The notes beneath the pieces were generated by a model. It was given only the letters and a program-made list of their open reading frames with translations. It did no database searches and was not told where the DNA came from. Positions 13,992-17,384 of a stretch of 17,384 bases of DNA are shown one piece after another. This DNA is from Thermodesulfovibrionales bacterium (lineage in GTDB: Bacteria > Nitrospirota > Thermodesulfovibrionia > Thermodesulfovibrionales > UBA9159), in assembly GCA_050014695.1 (NCBI GenBank), contig JBEKCV010000088.1, positions 1 to 17,384 on the forward strand, given 5' to 3'. A program made the position numbers and the translations under genes. Position 1 is the first letter of the stretch. Each line of letters opens with the position of its first letter.

Positions 13992-15116
13992 CTATTCAAA
14001 GATTTTGGCAAAGCATCTTCTTCGTTTGTGCTGTCTGTGTTCAAAATGCTCCCACTGTGCTATTACCTTCGCATTGGTCTCCAGCTGAGGAGCAGCTTCA
14101 CCAATGGCAATGTTATTCCGCACAAATGCCTTATCAATTTCATTTAATAAGATGGCATTTACGCCTTTTCCCTGCAAGTCTCTGCGAACGGCAATAAGAT
14201 ACAGGTCAGCAGTATCATTCTTTTTTATGGCCTTCAATATATGAATAAAACCAAAGGGAAGTATTTTCCCGTTTGCTTTCCGGAGTGCTTTTGAAAGACA
14301 AGGCATTGTGATCGCCACAGCTGCCACTTTGTTTTCATTATCAAGTACCAAAGAAAAAAAATCAGGACGGATAAATGAAAAATATTGTTTTGTATAAAAA
14401 GTGACCTGCTTTTCCGATAGTGGAACAAACCCGAATAAATCTTTATACGAGTCATTGAGGAGAGCAAAAATCTCTTTTGCAAATGGCAGAATTTCTTTTG
14501 CTTTTTTGAATGTGTGCACCCTGAGCTTATGTCTTTTCAGGGCAATAATGGCTACGCGCTGCACTTTCTCCTGGATGACGTCCTTGAATTTAAACTGAAA
14601 TTCCAGCCAGTCAACCTCTTTTTTATAGCCTAGATTTTCAAGATGACGGGGATAATAGGCATAGTTGTATATTGTAACCAGGGTGCCCATTTCATTAAAT
14701 CCTTCAATCAACATACCCTCTTTATCGAAATCAGTAAAGCCCATCGGCCCCTGTAGTCCGTCCATGCCTTTTTCTCTTGCCCATTGTTCCGCTGTTGAAA
14801 GCAAAACTCTGGATACCTCTTGATTATCAATAAAGTCAATCCATCCGAAGCGAGCGAGTTTCTTCCCCCCAATTTGAATAGCTCTTTCATTGATTATGCC
14901 CGCAATCCTTCCCGCGATTTTATTTTCCTTGAACGCAAGCCAATATTTGGCTTCGCAAAAATCGAACGCTGGGTTCGATTTCTTTCCCAAGGTCGTCATT
15001 TCATCGAAATGAAGCGGAGGTACCCAGTTGGGATTATCCTTATAAAGAGTATGAGGAAAACCGATAAAATTCTTTAAATCCTTTCTTGAGACCACTTCTT
15101 TGATGGAGACACTCAT
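13992..15116 (-). CDS. GNAT-fold N-acyltransferase family protein (374 aa)
   Basis: The C-terminal GNAT motif A reads RRDLQGKGVNAIL, matching R-x-x-G-x-G/A. A GGAGGA RBS lies 6 nt upstream of the ATG. The N-terminal region KDLKNFIGFPHTLYKDNPNWVPPLHFDE is typical of a widespread 370-aa acyltransferase family. Confidence 0.6.
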   Translation of the reverse strand: MSVSIKEVVSRKDLKNFIGFPHTLYKDNPNWVPPLHFDEMTTLGKKSNPAFDFCEAKYWLAFKENKIAGRIAGIINERAIQIGGKKLARFGWIDFIDNQEVSRVLLSTAEQWAREKGMDGLQGPMGFTDFDKEGMLIEGFNEMGTLVTIYNYAYYPRHLENLGYKKEVDWLEFQFKFKDVIQEKVQRVAIIALKRHKLRVHTFKKAKEILPFAKEIFALLNDSYKDLFGFVPLSEKQVTFYTKQYFSFIRPDFFSLVLDNENKVAAVAITMPCLSKALRKANGKILPFGFIHILKAIKKNDTADLYLIAVRRDLQGKGVNAILLNEIDKAFVRNNIAIGEAAPQLETNAKVIAQWEHFEHRQHKRRRCFAKIFE

Positions 15117-15369
15117 TTATTATCCTCCGCACCTACAGTGTCATTTTTCACCTGCATTGACCCACCTGCCTCGATTTTTTAGCATATCGGACTGAACATA
15201 ATCAACCCTATACTTGTTCCTTTGGGGGTCCTTTTCCCTCCGGTAGCTTTCCCCTTCGATCACCAGTTGATGAGCATTATGGGGTTTTTTGCACAACGCC
15301 TCGAGAAGGTATATTTCAAAAATTAGTTGATCCTGATCGATTTGAGAACGAGTTTAGCCATGTGTTTCA

Positions 15370-15558
15370 GTTGTGAACAGTAATTCCACCAATCTTCACA
15401 CCGTTCACAACCGCCATCCTGTTTTTTTCTTGATGGTTTGATTATTCCTAAAAACGCATTGATAAACGTATCATTGGACATCAACTAAAAACGCGTCAAA
15501 CAACATCAGGGCATGAAAGTTCAGACAAGGCTCTTGATACAAAAACGTTTAAACATCC
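15370..15558. promoter_or_regulatory. Divergent regulatory region: 9-bp inverted repeat GTTGTGAAC-N24-GTTCACAAC (15370-15411) and three direct repeats AAAAACG(Y)N..AAAC (15450, 15487, 15541)
   Basis: Read directly from the 525-bp intergenic region between the GNAT operon (minus) and the 15643 ORF (plus). Confidence 0.3.
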
Positions 15559-15642
15559 TTGGCGATGATGAAATAGAAGCTCTGTCTGGACTTCAGAGTT
15601 TTTAAGCCCATCGTATGTTTTTTGTCTTCGGTCTAGGGGAGA

Positions 15643-16002
15643 TTGAAGAGGATGTCAGATATATACAGGAACAATATTCCCCCACTTTTGTCGACTGCCT
15701 TAGAAATTACAAAGGCTACCCGATTAAAGCACCAACACCTGATCATTGAACTCTGCAACTATCGGAACTGCGAAGCAGGGGAACAGCAAGAATTGAAAAC
15801 AAAAGCCCGCCAGGCAGCGGTAGTTTGTGCCAGATCTATCTATATTTTCCGTGAACTCATTAATTATATGGAAGAGCAACGTATTGTCGTTCCTAGCGAC
15901 AGCTTTATGCAAGATATGGTTGGAAAGGCGCTTGAGTATGAAGAGCGCCGTTCGATGACATTGTACGCAATCATCTGCGGGATTCTGATAGAGAAGCGTT
16001 AA
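15643..16002 (+). CDS. Hypothetical protein (119 aa), predicted all-helical
   Basis: The ATG at 15643 is preceded by a GGGGAG Shine-Dalgarno at 15630-15636. The composition is protein-like. No family recognised with confidence. Confidence 0.35.
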   Translation: MKRMSDIYRNNIPPLLSTALEITKATRLKHQHLIIELCNYRNCEAGEQQELKTKARQAAVVCARSIYIFRELINYMEEQRIVVPSDSFMQDMVGKALEYEERRSMTLYAIICGILIEKR

Positions 16003-16230
16003 AGCTTCTTCTGGAGGATCCATCGGGAATGAATGATTACCCACCACCAGGTCAAATTGTGTCAATTACAATTTATCATCTCCTGATGTGGACCTGCGTT
16101 CTAAAATCGCTCATTGGATTTTCTGAACTTGCTGAACTTATTGGATTTTGTGGACAGGACAAAACAGGTTATACGGAGGATTATTCTCATTTTTCAGTGC
16201 CTTACGCTTAGGAAAACGCGAGATTCGTAA

Positions 16231-16268
16231 TCAGCAGGTCGGGAGTTCGAATCTCCTCCTCGGCTCCA
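16231..16268 (+). other. 3' tRNA gene fragment (variable loop AGGTC, T-arm GGGAG-TTCGAAT-CTCCT, acceptor CCTCGGC, discriminator T, CCA); att-like remnant
   Basis: The T-loop TTCGAAT is canonical, with a G53-C61 pair and an encoded CCA at 16266-16268 followed by a T-run. There is no matching 5' acceptor strand (GCCGAGG) and no D-arm or anticodon arm upstream. This is therefore not a complete tRNA. Confidence 0.55.
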
Positions 16269-16673
16269 TTTTTTCTCTGATAAAACAGAGAGTTATAGCA
16301 TACCAAAAAAATCGTCCAATAAGCCGTTCTAAAATCCTTGCTGAATTTGCCTCTTTGGAACCCCAATCCCCTCCACTCTCAAACCCTCGTCTCTCCTCCC
16401 ATTAACCCCTCAGAGAGTTTGTGGGCCACTCCTTGAGGCAAAAGAAACAGGTGATTGATGTTCCATATATGGCACCACCGAATAGAAACTGACCCACCTC
16501 ACCGATGTAATTGAACCCTCCCTGAAGTTGCATGTTTTTGACTTGCTGATGGTATCAGCACCGGTTTATGAACCCACCGGTGTTTTGCTGCGGAGACGGT
16601 AGTGCGATGTTTTGAATGACGGCACTGAGGTTGGCAAGACGGAACAGAGGAGCGTCCGGCGAAGAAGAGGGAC

Positions 16674-17384
16674 TTAGGCCTTTCTGACTTTTCTTGCCTG
16701 AGTGTTGAGCTTTTTTGATTCGTGCATTCTCCAGCTGGGCCCATCGATGTTGATGATGATGGAATGATGCACCATGCGGTCTACGATGGCGGTGGTGATG
16801 ACAGGGTCGCCGAGATAATCCCCGAGCTCGCTGAACCCTATATTCGTTGTGAGCAATGTGGATCCTTTGCAGTAGCGGCCATCGATGACCTTGAAGAACA
16901 GGGAGGCGTTTCTTGAGTCCTGCTGCTCCAGTCGATCGAAGCCCACTTCATCGATCAGAAGTATATCGGGTGAGATGTATTGCCTGAGCTTTCTGTGGAA
17001 GCTGTGATCGGCACGGCTCGCCATCAGCTCGGTGAGCATGTCGGCTGCTGTGGTATAGCGACAGCGGTAGAGTTGTGTACAGCCCATGAGAAGCAATGCC
17101 TTGGCGATATGGCTTTTCCCCGTGCCGGAGTTTCCTGCAATCACGAGACCCTGTTTGCGCCCCACGAAGTCCAACTTCGCGATCTCCGTCACCTGGGTCT
17201 TGTCCACTCCCGTTTGGAATACGAAGTCGAAGTCTGCAAGAAGTTTTCGTTCCGGGCGTCGTGAGTCCTTGATCCTTCGTTCTATCCTCCGTTGGATCAG
17301 AGCGTTGGCCTCTATGGACAGCAGCCGTTCAAGGAGTTCCGTCGGCGTCAGCGCCTTCTGTACGGCCTCGGAAAGCTCCTGATC
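16674..17384 (-). CDS. istB: IS21-family IstB ATP-binding helper protein (5' end beyond window edge)
   Basis: Walker A reads GNSGTGKSHIAKAL and Walker B reads LLIDEVGF. The C-terminal VDRMVHHS and the N-terminal extension ...LLERLLSIEANALIQRRIERRIKDSRRPERKLLADFDF match IstB. The frame is open up to the window end at 17384. Confidence 0.85.
   Translation of the reverse strand, partial: DQELSEAVQKALTPTELLERLLSIEANALIQRRIERRIKDSRRPERKLLADFDFVFQTGVDKTQVTEIAKLDFVGRKQGLVIAGNSGTGKSHIAKALLLMGCTQLYRCRYTTAADMLTELMASRADHSFHRKLRQYISPDILLIDEVGFDRLEQQDSRNASLFFKVIDGRYCKGSTLLTTNIGFSELGDYLGDPVITTAIVDRMVHHSIIINIDGPSWRMHESKKLNTQARKVRKA

Noticed and set aside
16148-16268. Possibility of a complete tRNA or tmRNA gene ending at the CCA at 16266-16268
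   Set aside because: No complementary 5' acceptor strand (GCCGAGG or G-U variants), D-arm or valid anticodon stem is found within 400 nt upstream. GATTcgtAATC forms only a 3-nt-loop hairpin. Only the 3' third of a tRNA is present.
16499-16744. Minus-strand 81-aa ORF downstream of istB
   Set aside because: It lies in the expected IS21 terminal, non-coding region and overlaps the istB stop, with Arg/Ser/His-rich non-protein-like composition.
1-17384. CRISPR arrays and rRNA genes
   Set aside because: No regularly spaced direct repeats of 24-48 bp with unique spacers were seen, and no rRNA-like conserved segments. The repeats found are 2-3 copy operator-like motifs or in-frame coding repeats.

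Overview
This window reads as accessory or island DNA with a Gram-negative-style coding signal (strong GGAGG-type RBSs, roughly 45-50% GC) and several toxin/addiction-type modules. From the left edge: a translationally coupled operon of two small genes on the minus strand (5..534); an XRE-type HTH regulator followed by a class II Fic AMPylase with an intact HPFx[DE]GNGRxxR motif and an N-terminal SxxxEN inhibitory helix (858..2244); a minus-strand operon of two small membrane proteins, or one frameshifted gene, followed by a phosphoesterase of the phospholipase C / acid phosphatase family (2603..4891); and a roughly 950-bp non-coding stretch holding a C-terminal remnant of an IS91-family (Y2/HUH) transposase and several strong palindromes. 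Next come a 765-aa hybrid sensor histidine kinase whose N-terminal domain carries a CxxCH heme-c-like motif (5867..8164) and a 650-aa flotillin/SPFH protein with internal in-frame tandem repeats (8420..10372). Between the flotillin gene and a secreted 201-aa protein lies a roughly 640-bp imperfect palindromic element with about 170-bp inverted arms (10456..11090). Further right are a BrnT/BrnA type II toxin-antitoxin pair (12170..12676), a GNAT-fold N-acyltransferase with a classical SDR reductase in an operon that could be a ceramide-type lipid module (13180..15116), and a 119-aa hypothetical protein. Near the right edge, a 3' tRNA fragment (variable loop, T-arm, acceptor and CCA only) sits beside a truncated IS21-family istB running out of the window, which looks like an att-like island boundary. 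No CRISPR array, rRNA or complete tRNA was found. All functional calls come from motif and family recognition by eye, with no database searches run.
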